DNA of 64,000 nucleotides from an uncultured Chloroflexia bacterium (GTDB lineage: Bacteria > Chloroflexota > Limnocylindria > Limnocylindrales > CSP1-4), in assembly GCA_963727585.1 (NCBI GenBank), contig CAVSHH010000008.1:112411-176410 (forward strand), in the 5' to 3' direction. Shown here piece by piece: positions 19,558 to 28,132 of this stretch. Both the position numbers and the translations under genes were made by a program. Each line of letters starts with the position of its first letter. Position 1 is the first letter of the stretch. Below the pieces are notes generated by a model. It was not told the origin of the DNA. It did not search any database and was given only the letters and a program-made list of their open reading frames with translations.

Positions 19558-20277
19558 GTGTCCAGCACGAGTGACGAGGCGGCGACCCCAGACATCGCCG
19601 AGACGCCCCTGGTGATCATTGGTGCCGGCGGCTTCGGGCGAGAGGTGCTCGAGCTCGTTCGTGACATCAACGAGGCGCGACCGACCTTCGAGCTGCAGGG
19701 ATTCCTCGATGATGGCGAGGTGAATCCGCACGTGATCGAGCGGGCGGGCATCCCGCTGCTCGGACGCTCCAGCCGGGTCGCCAGCCTAGGTGCGAGCTAC
19801 GTGATCGCCATCGGCTCCGCGGAGGCCCGGCGTCAGATCGATGCCGGGGCCCGCGCCTCCCACCAGGTCGCGGCCGCCACCCTGGTGCACCCGTCGGCGA
19901 CGCTGGGGGCGGACGTCCTGGTCGGTGAAGGGGCGATCGTCGGTGCCGGATCCCGGCTCACCACCCACGTGGCGGTCGGTCGCCACGCGCACGTGAATGT
20001 CAACTGCACGGTCGGCCACGACGTGACGATCGAGGATTTCGCCACCCTGTTCCCCGGCGTCCACATCGGCGGCGGCTGTGTCGTGGAGGAGGGAGCAACG
20101 CTCAGCATGGGGAGCGTCATCCTGCCCGGCGTTCGCATCGGACGGGGTGCCGTGGTCGGCGCCGGATCGGTCGTCGTCCGCGACGTTGCCGCGGACACGA
20201 CGGTCATGGGCCCGGCGGCCCGGGCCACCCTCAGGACCGCGCTCTCGCCGGGCGGCTATGCCCGATCCACAGGCTAG
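19558..20277 (+). CDS. NeuD/PglD-family hexapeptide-repeat sugar N/O-acyltransferase
   Basis: GTG at 19558 after AAGGAG. It has an N-terminal Rossmann-like PLVIIGAGGFGREVLELV followed by left-handed beta-helix repeats (VGEGAIVGAGS, VGHDVTIEDFATLFPGVHIGGG, ILPGVRIGRGAVVGAGSVV). Confidence 0.88.
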   Translation: MSSTSDEAATPDIAETPLVIIGAGGFGREVLELVRDINEARPTFELQGFLDDGEVNPHVIERAGIPLLGRSSRVASLGASYVIAIGSAEARRQIDAGARASHQVAAATLVHPSATLGADVLVGEGAIVGAGSRLTTHVAVGRHAHVNVNCTVGHDVTIEDFATLFPGVHIGGGCVVEEGATLSMGSVILPGVRIGRGAVVGAGSVVVRDVAADTTVMGPAARATLRTALSPGGYARSTG

Positions 20278-20749
20278 CGGACAGCTCGAGATCCGGGAGG
20301 TCGGCCCGGCTGATTGCGTGGCGCTCGCTGAGATCTTCGGCGAGGTCGACACCACGTTCTTCCGCCCCCACCCGTTCACGCCACGGCAGGCATGGCGGAT
20401 CGCGTCGCAGACCGGCAAGGACATCCATGCGCTGCTCGTCCTCGACGGGCGGCCCATGGCCTACGGCATGCTCCGGGGCTGGGACGAGGGCTACGACACT
20501 CCCTCGCTGGGCATCGCAGTCCGCACCTCCGAGCAGCGAAAGGGCTATGGCCGGGCGTTGATGGCCGGTCTCCATGCCCTGGCGGCCCGACGCGGCGCCG
20601 AGCAGGTCCGCCTGCGGGTGCACCCTGGGAATGTGCGGGCGCGCCGCATGTACGAGCTCCTCGGCTACCAGTACCGGGGCGTCGAGCGCGGCGAGCTGCT
20701 GATGGTCATGGACCTGCGGGACCCGCCGGCGGGGCAACGAACCCGCTAG
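20258..20749 (+). CDS. GNAT-family N-acetyltransferase
   Basis: ATG at 20258 overlapping the previous gene by 20 nt. The acetyl-CoA motif region is LGIAVRTSEQRKGYGRALM followed by NVRARRMYELLGY. Length 163 aa. Confidence 0.85.
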   Translation: MPDPQASGQLEIREVGPADCVALAEIFGEVDTTFFRPHPFTPRQAWRIASQTGKDIHALLVLDGRPMAYGMLRGWDEGYDTPSLGIAVRTSEQRKGYGRALMAGLHALAARRGAEQVRLRVHPGNVRARRMYELLGYQYRGVERGELLMVMDLRDPPAGQRTR

Positions 20750-20760
20750 CCCTTGGAACG

Positions 20761-20818
20761 CCCCGCCTGCCAGGTGCGGGGTGGTGCACCAAGGCACCGG
20801 CGGGTCGCGTGAGCGACC
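20761..20818 (+). terminator. cluster of GC hairpins after the ligase/NeuD/GNAT operon
   Basis: Three hairpins begin 12 nt after the stop. CCCCGC/GCGGGG lies at 20761-20781. GGTGC/GCACC lies around 20783-20799. GGTCGC-GTGA-GCGACC (GNRA-type tetraloop) lies at 20803-20818. There is no U-tract. Confidence 0.3.
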
Positions 20819-21102
20819 GCGCTCCACCGCCGGGAGGGCGTCGCGAGGTGCGGTCGGGAGTGGTCCTCGCGGGTCTGCCCCCCGTCGTACGCAGATCTCC
20901 CTAGCGGGATGGGGTGCCCGGCGGGAGTACCCATCGCCTGTTGCGGTCGGGCGCCCAGACCTCGATGGTGGAGAGCACCAGACATCGGCCGACCGGAGCA
21001 TCGGATCGGTCTCCTCGACAACGGCACACCCGTCGTGAGGCGGGGTCGCAAAGCCACGGGGCTTCACGAGCCAGCCGGGCTACCGAAAGGAGCACCCAGC
21101 TC

Positions 21103-22854
21103 ATGTTCTGGGATGGTGAGCGCTGGATCGACGAGCGCCAGGTCAACCCGCCTCGGTCATCCGCCGTCAGGTCCCGGTTTCGAAGGCGGCGCTGGGGCGC
21201 ACCGTTGGTTGCGCTCGCAGCCACGGCCGCGCTGGTGCTGACGCCGTCACTGTCCGCCAACGCGGTGACCCCGGCCGACTCCCTGTTCCGAACCTGGAAC
21301 CAAGAGACGACGGCCCAGGTCATCCAGGAGCGCGACCCGGCCGTGTCCGTTCGAGGCCAGTGGCACCGTCCGCACCGGCGCGCGGCAATGGGCGCCCACC
21401 ACCGTTCGACGCGCCAGAAGGGTGCGAGGATGACCGTCGGCTTCGAGGGATCGGCGGTCGCGATCATCGGACCGCTCGGCCCCGGACGCGGCAAGGCGCG
21501 CGTCTTCGTCGACGGACGCTTCGTGGCCACCATCAACGCCTATGCATCCAAGGTCGCCAGCAAGCAGGTGCTGTTCGCCCGGACCTGGCGTGACGGCGGG
21601 TCGCACACCGTCATGCTGGAGGTTGTCGGGACCTCCGGACATCCCCGCATCACCGTCGATGCGTTCCTGGTCAAGGGGGAGAAGCGTGGCAAGGCGCGGG
21701 GCCACGGGCCGGCACCCACGCCCAGTCCGGCCGAGACGGCGGCACCCGACCCGACCGCCGGGCCGGCCACGCCGGAGCCCACCGCCAAGGCCGATCCGAC
21801 GGCCGGGCCGGCCACGCCGGAGCCCACGGCCAAGGTCGACCCGACGGCCGCGCCGGCCACGCCGGCGCCCACGGCAACTCCGGTCCCCACCCCCAAGCCC
21901 ACGGCAACTCCAGCCCCCACGCCGAAGCCCACGGCCACCCCGGCGCCCAAACCCACGGCAACTCCAGCCCCGACGGCGTCCACCGCCTGCGGCTCCTCGC
22001 TGCAGACGAAGATCAACGGCGCCACGTCGGGCGCGACCCTCAACCTCGGCGGCTGCACCTACTCCGCGGGAGCCACGATCAACAAGCCGCTGACCCTGGT
22101 CGGAGCGCGCATCTATCCGGCGGCCAACACCCGCGGGCTGATCGTCACGGCATCCAACGTCACCATTGACTCGGTGGTCATCGTGGGCCCCCAGGCGACG
22201 ACCTACCGCTGGAACGAGGTGGGCATCCTGACCACGGGCTCGATCTCGAACCTGGTCGTCCGCAACTCGACCATCCAGAAGTTCGGCAACAGCGGGATCT
22301 GGCTGGGCACGACCAGCAACGCCCGGGTCACCGGGACCACGATCGAGGACGCCGTCTACTCGGGGATCATGGACATCTCCGGCTCGGGCGACCGGATCGC
22401 CGGCAACACCGTGCGCCGGATCGGGGTCGTGGGCGCGTCCGCCAACTCGAACAACGCCTACGGGATCGCCATCTCCAACGAGGGCGGTGCCCTGTCCTCC
22501 GACATCGTGGTCGACGGCAACACCGTCGCCAGGGTGCCGACCTGGCACGGGCTGGACACCCATGCCGGCCGGCGGATCACGTTCTCCAACAACACCGTCA
22601 GCGGCGCCCCCCGGGCCCTGTTCATCACCAGCGACAGCTACGGGCGCTCGGCAGGCGATATCACCGTCAAGGGGAACAAATTCCTCAGCCCATCGCCCGC
22701 CACCAGCAACCTGGTGACCGTCACGACGTATGACGTCGACGGGGGCTCCGTGACCGGCAACTCGGCCAGCGGCTGGGGGAGCGCGGCATTCTTCTACGAC
22801 TACCAGGGCATGAGCAATGGGCTCACCGTCTCCGGGAACAGCGTCACGCCATAG
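21103..22854 (+). CDS. secreted right-handed parallel beta-helix repeat protein with N-terminal beta-sandwich-like domain and Pro/Thr linker
   Basis: ATG at 21103 after AAAGGAG. The signal-like sequence is RFRRRRWGAPLVALAATAALVLTPSLSANA. A PT-rich linker precedes beta-helix repeats (LIVTASNVTIDSVVIVG, LVVRNSTIQKFGNSGIWLG, NNAYGIAISNEGG, TWHGLDTHAG). Confidence 0.85.
   Translation: MFWDGERWIDERQVNPPRSSAVRSRFRRRRWGAPLVALAATAALVLTPSLSANAVTPADSLFRTWNQETTAQVIQERDPAVSVRGQWHRPHRRAAMGAHHRSTRQKGARMTVGFEGSAVAIIGPLGPGRGKARVFVDGRFVATINAYASKVASKQVLFARTWRDGGSHTVMLEVVGTSGHPRITVDAFLVKGEKRGKARGHGPAPTPSPAETAAPDPTAGPATPEPTAKADPTAGPATPEPTAKVDPTAAPATPAPTATPVPTPKPTATPAPTPKPTATPAPKPTATPAPTASTACGSSLQTKINGATSGATLNLGGCTYSAGATINKPLTLVGARIYPAANTRGLIVTASNVTIDSVVIVGPQATTYRWNEVGILTTGSISNLVVRNSTIQKFGNSGIWLGTTSNARVTGTTIEDAVYSGIMDISGSGDRIAGNTVRRIGVVGASANSNNAYGIAISNEGGALSSDIVVDGNTVARVPTWHGLDTHAGRRITFSNNTVSGAPRALFITSDSYGRSAGDITVKGNKFLSPSPATSNLVTVTTYDVDGGSVTGNSASGWGSAAFFYDYQGMSNGLTVSGNSVTP
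21748..21985 (+). repeat. in-frame tandem repeats encoding a Pro/Thr/Ala linker
   Basis: 45-nt units at 21748-21792 and 21793-21837, plus a 39-nt partial unit at 21838-21876 (DPTAGPATPEPTAKA x2.9). These are followed by ~30-nt KPTATPAPTP units up to ~21985. Confidence 0.9.
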
Positions 22855-23075
22855 GGGCCCAGCGTCATGTCAATCGCGTGACAAGGGGCCCGGCGCAGAC
22901 ACCGGCGACATCGGCCATACTCACCGCGGCCGCAGCGGTCCGCGACCTGGGAACGTCACCAGGAGCCGTCCGCGCCTGAACCCCGCATGGGTCATGGAGG
23001 GAACGTGCGGCCGAGCTCTCAGGCGCGCCCGTGAGGTGCGGCGAGCCCCCCGCCAGAAGCTCCGAGGTCCCCGTC

Positions 23076-24062
23076 ATGTCGTTTCAGCGTGCCCAGCACG
23101 TCACCGTCCCCCGCCATCTCCGTCGCTTCGCGTGGCTCCTGTTGGGGCTGCTCGTGGCCGTCGGGTCCGTCAACCTGGCAGCCCCCGAGCCCGCGCTCGG
23201 GGCCTCCTGCGGCTCGTCGCTGCAGGCGAAGATCAGGGGCGCGCGATCTGGCGCGACCCTCAACCTGAGCGGCTGCACCTACTCCGCGGGAGCCACGATC
23301 GGCAAGCCGCTGACCCTGGTCGGAGCACGGATCCGTCCGGCCGCCAACACCCGCGGGCTGATCGTCACGGCGTCCAACGTCACCATCGACTCGGTGGTCA
23401 TCGTGGGCCGGCAGGCGACGAGCTACCGCTGGAACGAGGTGGGCATCCTGACCACGGGCTCGATCTCGAACCTGGTCGTCCGCAACTCGATCATCCAGCG
23501 GTTCGGCAACAGCGGGATCTGGCTGGGCACGACCAGCAACGCCCGGATCGTCCGGAACACGATCAAGGACGTCGTGTACGCCGGGATCATGGATATCACC
23601 GGCTCGGGTGACCGGATCGCCCGCAACACCGTTCGCCGCGTCGGGCTCTCCCATGCCCAGAGCAACGCCTACGGGATCGCCATCTCCAACGAGGGCGGCG
23701 CCCTGTCCCGCGACATCGTGGTCCGCCGCAACCTCGTCGTCAGGGTGCCGACCTGGCACGGGCTCGACACCCACGGTGGACAGCGGATCAAGTTCGCCGG
23801 GAACACCGTCAAGCGCACCCCCCGGGCGCTGTTCATCACCAGTGACAGCCAGGGTCGGCAGGCCGCCGGCATCACCGTTGTCGGCAACCGGTTCCTGCGC
23901 CCCACGCCGACCAGCGACCGGACGGCGGTGACGACGTATGCGACGAGGAACGTCACCGTGACCGGCAACACCTCCAGGGACTGGGGGCGAGGCAACTTCT
24001 TCCATGACTTCCAGGGCCTGAGCACCGGGCTGCGCGTCTCCAGCAACAGCGTCACGCCCTGA
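23076..24062 (+). CDS. secreted right-handed parallel beta-helix repeat protein (tandem paralogue of 21103-22854)
   Basis: ATG at 23076. The signal peptide is FAWLLLGLLVAVGSVNLAAPEPALGA. From CGSSLQAKI onward it is collinear with the C-terminal 290 aa of the upstream gene, with long identical nucleotide runs. Confidence 0.85.
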   Translation: MSFQRAQHVTVPRHLRRFAWLLLGLLVAVGSVNLAAPEPALGASCGSSLQAKIRGARSGATLNLSGCTYSAGATIGKPLTLVGARIRPAANTRGLIVTASNVTIDSVVIVGRQATSYRWNEVGILTTGSISNLVVRNSIIQRFGNSGIWLGTTSNARIVRNTIKDVVYAGIMDITGSGDRIARNTVRRVGLSHAQSNAYGIAISNEGGALSRDIVVRRNLVVRVPTWHGLDTHGGQRIKFAGNTVKRTPRALFITSDSQGRQAAGITVVGNRFLRPTPTSDRTAVTTYATRNVTVTGNTSRDWGRGNFFHDFQGLSTGLRVSSNSVTP

Positions 24063-24107
24063 CCGGGTCACGGGGGCCAGCCGGATGGTCGACACCCTGC
24101 GGCCCCC

Positions 24108-25580
24108 GTGGAATACTCGGGCACTGTGCCCGCACTGCCCTCGTTCGGGACGCACGCCGTCGGTGAACGCGTCACGAGCCTCCTGCTGATCCTCGGCGCG
24201 ATCGGCGCCGGACTTGTCGCGGCGTACGTCGCCGCCACGCAGGATCCGCTGGTCGCCATCCTGCTGGCCGGAGGCCTCGCCCTCGTCCTGGGCAGCCTCC
24301 GCTGGCCGCTCCTGTCCCTGTTCGTGTTCGTCGCGCTGATCCCCATCGAGGAGGCGGTCTCGATCGCCGGGGTGGGGACGTTGAGCCGGTGGGCCGGGAT
24401 CGCCTTCGCATGCGTCTACATCGTGATGCGGTTCGGAAGGCTGACTCCGGGCGCCCTGCCCATCGCCGGCTGGGCATACATCGGCTGGGCGGTGCTGAGC
24501 ACGGCGTGGGCTCTCGACTCGAGCACCACGATGGCGCAACTCCAGACCCTGCTCCAGCTGGCGGTGATTGGCTACCTGATCGCGGACGTGGTCATCCACC
24601 AGCCGTCGGTGATCCGGCCACTGCTGTGGACCTACTCGGTGTCGGCCGCCGCGACGGCGGCGTTCGGGACGATGCTGTACCTCGTCGGCGCGGCCGGCGG
24701 GGGGCGCCTCGAGGCCATCTCGAACCAGAACCCGGCCCAGTTCGCCACCATCCTGCTGCCGGCGCTGATCTTCACGCTGTACGAGGCGATGCAGGGACGC
24801 CACGTCGTCGTCGCATCGGTCGCAGCCGCGCTGTGCACCGGTGCGATCGCCCTGTCGGGCACCCGCAGCGTGTGGCTGGCAGCGACCATCGTCATCTTCC
24901 TGCTCATCCTTCCACGCCTGGGCATCCGGCGGGCGGTGCTTGCCGTGGGCGTGCTGGGGGCGATGGTTGTTGCGACGCTGCAGATCCCCGGCGTCGCCAG
25001 CCTCGTCGCCGACCGAACGGCGACGGCCGCGTCGACCGGCGGCGCTGGGCGCACCGACATCTGGTCGGTCGGCCTCCAGATCTTCGGATCTTCGCCCGTG
25101 ATCGGGGTGGGCTATGCCAACTTCCCGAACGCGTTCACGCCGGCCGCCGTCCGGGCCGCCGACGTGTCGGGCATCGTCGGCACCTCGAGCGGACCCCACA
25201 ACCTCGTCGTCGGCACGGCGGGCGAGCTGGGCATCGTCGGGCTCCTGTTGCTGGGTCTGTTCCTGGGCCCGCTCGTGCTCCGCCGCGGCTGGGGCCCGGA
25301 CGCCAACGTGGTCCAGGCGATCGTCGCCTCGCTGGCGATCAACGCGCTGTTCATCGACATCCTGGGCAACCGCAAGCAGGTCTGGGTCGCCATCGGGATG
25401 GCGGCCGGCCTCGCCTGGCTCGCGCGGCGGGCTGAGCGCGAAGCGGAACGGGCGGACCGGCAGGTCCCCGCGAGGCCGGACAACCAGGCGGCCATGGTCG
25501 GGCCGCCGGTACCGGTGGCGACCCGGACAGGACCCGCCGGGGCCGCGCTGCGCGGGGCATCCCCGGGACCAGGGGCGTGA
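24108..25580 (+). CDS. O-antigen ligase/polymerase-like (Wzy_C-type) polytopic membrane protein
   Basis: 490 aa with about 10-12 hydrophobic segments. It has the loop GTRSVWLAATIV, followed by GRTDIWSVGLQIFGSSPVIGVGYANF and GPHNLVVGTAGELGIVG, all typical of the family. Confidence 0.85.
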   Translation: MEYSGTVPALPSFGTHAVGERVTSLLLILGAIGAGLVAAYVAATQDPLVAILLAGGLALVLGSLRWPLLSLFVFVALIPIEEAVSIAGVGTLSRWAGIAFACVYIVMRFGRLTPGALPIAGWAYIGWAVLSTAWALDSSTTMAQLQTLLQLAVIGYLIADVVIHQPSVIRPLLWTYSVSAAATAAFGTMLYLVGAAGGGRLEAISNQNPAQFATILLPALIFTLYEAMQGRHVVVASVAAALCTGAIALSGTRSVWLAATIVIFLLILPRLGIRRAVLAVGVLGAMVVATLQIPGVASLVADRTATAASTGGAGRTDIWSVGLQIFGSSPVIGVGYANFPNAFTPAAVRAADVSGIVGTSSGPHNLVVGTAGELGIVGLLLLGLFLGPLVLRRGWGPDANVVQAIVASLAINALFIDILGNRKQVWVAIGMAAGLAWLARRAEREAERADRQVPARPDNQAAMVGPPVPVATRTGPAGAALRGASPGPGA

Positions 25581-26788
25581 GCGACGTCATCTGGCTGACA
25601 TCGTCATATCCCTGGTCGGGGGACACGGTGGGCGGCATCTTCTTCCGCACCCAGTCGCACGCCCTCGCCAGGGCCGGCTGCCCGGTCTCCGTGGTGGCGC
25701 CCGTACCGGCCGTCCCGTGGCCGCTCGCACACCTGAGTGCCAAGTGGCGCAACCACGCACGCGCTCCACGCGAGGAGCGCGATGGCGAGGTCCGGATCCT
25801 GCGGCCCCGGTATCCCAACGTCCCCCGCCAGCCGAGCTGGGCACAGCCCGACCGGTTCATCGCCGATGCGGCCTGGCGGACGCATGACCGGTGGGAGGAT
25901 CCAGGACTGATTCACGGTCACTTCTCGATCATCGGGCTGGCGGCGCGGCGGCTCGCACACCGCGCGCGGCTGCCGTACGCCCTCACGTTCCACGGGGGCG
26001 ACCTCAACTGGTGGCCGGATCTCCACCCCGAGCGCCTGGACGACCTCCGGGCCACGATGCGCGACGCAGCGGCGGTGTTCACGGTGAGCGGTGCGCTCGC
26101 GGACCGGGTCCGGTCGATCTCGGGGGTCGAGGCCCGGGTCCTGCCGATCGGGGTCGACCACCGCGCGATCGCCGCCGCGACCCTGCCGCCGAAGGAGGCG
26201 CGGCGGGCCCTCGGCCTGCCTGGCGATCGCCTGGTCGTGCTGTTCGTCGGGCGGCTGGTCCCTGCCAAGGGCATCGTCGAGCTCGCCACCGCCGCGCTGG
26301 AGCTCGGCGACACGTTCCTGACGGTGCTGGTCGGGCCAGGGCCCCTAGCCGGCCACGGACTGGACGATCCACGTGCCCGCGAGCGGCTCCGCTACGTGGG
26401 TGCACAGCCGCATGACGAGGTGATCCGCTACATGGCCGCGGCCGACGTGCTCGTGCTCCCCTCCTATGGCGAGGGCCTTCCCACCGTGCTCGTGGAGGCC
26501 GGGGCGATCGGGCTTCCCGTGATCGCGAGCGCGGTCGGTGCGATCCCGGAGCTGCTCGGCGACGGCCGCGGGACGCTCCTGCCCGAGGTGTCCAGCGCCG
26601 CCATCAGGGCCGCGCTCGAGGCCTTCCGGGACGATCCCGACGGCGGACGCGAGATGGGACGGCGCCTCCGGGACCACGTGCGGCGCGAGTTCGACGTGGA
26701 CAGCAATGCCACCCGGCTGCTGGCCGGCTACCGGGAGATCGACGCGGGCATCGGTCGCGAGACAACCGCCTCGGGGATGATGCCGTGA
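25577..26788 (+). CDS. family 4 (GT-B) glycosyltransferase
   Basis: GTGA overlap with the upstream gene. The C-terminal motif is VLVLPSYGEGLPTVLVEAGAIGLPVIASAVGAIPELL (EX7E type). Length 403 aa. Confidence 0.9.
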   Translation: MSDVIWLTSSYPWSGDTVGGIFFRTQSHALARAGCPVSVVAPVPAVPWPLAHLSAKWRNHARAPREERDGEVRILRPRYPNVPRQPSWAQPDRFIADAAWRTHDRWEDPGLIHGHFSIIGLAARRLAHRARLPYALTFHGGDLNWWPDLHPERLDDLRATMRDAAAVFTVSGALADRVRSISGVEARVLPIGVDHRAIAAATLPPKEARRALGLPGDRLVVLFVGRLVPAKGIVELATAALELGDTFLTVLVGPGPLAGHGLDDPRARERLRYVGAQPHDEVIRYMAAADVLVLPSYGEGLPTVLVEAGAIGLPVIASAVGAIPELLGDGRGTLLPEVSSAAIRAALEAFRDDPDGGREMGRRLRDHVRREFDVDSNATRLLAGYREIDAGIGRETTASGMMP

Positions 26789-28116
26789 CCGGCGCCGTTC
26801 CCGCCGACGTGTCCACCGGCGTGCCCACCGGCGACCAGGCTCGAGCGGACGAAGACGGAGGTCCCCGGGTGGCGATGGCCGTCTACGGGGATCTCACCTT
26901 CGACAGCCGCGTGCAGCGCGAGGCCAGGGCGCTGGCGGCGGCCGGGTACCGGGTCACGGTCTACTGCCTGGACTGGACGGGGAGCCCGGCGACGTTCGGG
27001 GCGCGCGTGGACGTGGTCGCGATGGTGCCCGAGCACGGCCGGGTGATCCCGGGCACCGCCAGCCCGTTCCTCGAGGTGCGGGGCGCGTCGGGGCGGGTCA
27101 GCCGTGTGCGGCGTCGCGTCGCGTGGCTGGGGGGCTACGTCCGCAACCTGCGGGCGTGGGGGCGCATGGTGGCCGACCATGCCGGCCGGGTGGATGCCTG
27201 GCACCTCCACGACTTCGCGGGGTTGGTGGCGATCGCTCCGCGCGCGAATGGCCCGATCGTCTACGACGTCCACGACCTGTTCACCGAGACCGGGACCGGC
27301 CGCCACCTGCCCGGGCCGGTACGCCGGGCCGCACGAGCGTACGAGCGCTGGCTCGTCCGCCGGACCTCGCTGGTCGTCGCCGTGAACGCCGGCATCGCGG
27401 ACGATGTCGAACGACGCTGCCGGCCCCGGGCGATCGTCGTGGTCCACAACGCCGTCCCGCGCTGGACACCTCCGATACCCGGTCCCGACCTCATCCGGCA
27501 GCACCTCGGCCTCGCCCCGGGCGTGCCGGTGATCCTGTACCACGGGATGCTGTCTGCGATGCGGGGAATCGATCGCCTGTGCGAGGCGATGCCGGAACCC
27601 GAGCTCCAGGACGCGCATCTCGTGCTCCTCGGATACGGCCAGCTGCGCGACCGCCTCACGGAAACCGCCGCCGAGCCGAGGTTCGGGGGCCGGATCCACC
27701 TGATCGACGCCGTTCCCCCCGACCAGCTCCTGCCCTGGGTCGCATCGGCCGACGTCGGCGCGATGACGCTGCCGGCCGGGTCGCGGAACCTCGTGCTCGC
27801 TACCCCGAACAAGCTGTTCGAGTGCCTGGCAGCGGGCACGCCGCCGGTCGTGAGCGACCTCCCGCTCATGCGGTCCATCGTGATGGACGATCCCCTCGGC
27901 CCGTTGGGAGATGTCTGCGATCCGACCGACACCCGGAGCATCGCGCTCGCCATCGGCCGCATCCTGCACCGGGACGCCGCGGATCGCGCGGCACTGCGCG
28001 CCCGATGCCTGGCGGCGGCGGAGGCCCGCTGGAACTGGGAGGCGGAGGCCGACCGGCTGGTCACGGCCTATGCCGCGACGGTCGTCCGCCGACCCGAGGC
28101 TGGCGCTGGGCGCTGA
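26785..28116 (+). CDS. GT-B glycosyltransferase (family 4-like)
   Basis: GTGA overlap with the upstream gene. It contains VAMAVYGDLTFDSRVQREARALAAAGYRV and NKLFECLAAGTPPVVSDLP. The true start may be internal. Confidence 0.85.
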   Translation: MTGAVPADVSTGVPTGDQARADEDGGPRVAMAVYGDLTFDSRVQREARALAAAGYRVTVYCLDWTGSPATFGARVDVVAMVPEHGRVIPGTASPFLEVRGASGRVSRVRRRVAWLGGYVRNLRAWGRMVADHAGRVDAWHLHDFAGLVAIAPRANGPIVYDVHDLFTETGTGRHLPGPVRRAARAYERWLVRRTSLVVAVNAGIADDVERRCRPRAIVVVHNAVPRWTPPIPGPDLIRQHLGLAPGVPVILYHGMLSAMRGIDRLCEAMPEPELQDAHLVLLGYGQLRDRLTETAAEPRFGGRIHLIDAVPPDQLLPWVASADVGAMTLPAGSRNLVLATPNKLFECLAAGTPPVVSDLPLMRSIVMDDPLGPLGDVCDPTDTRSIALAIGRILHRDAADRAALRARCLAAAEARWNWEAEADRLVTAYAATVVRRPEAGAGR

Positions 28117-28132
28117 TCGACCGGGACGGCAG

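Noticed and set aside
21748-21985. Tandem repeats (also 60695-60847) considered as a CRISPR array or minisatellite
   Set aside because: The units are contiguous with no spacers, are in frame, and encode Pro/Thr linkers inside well-supported genes. No cas genes are present.
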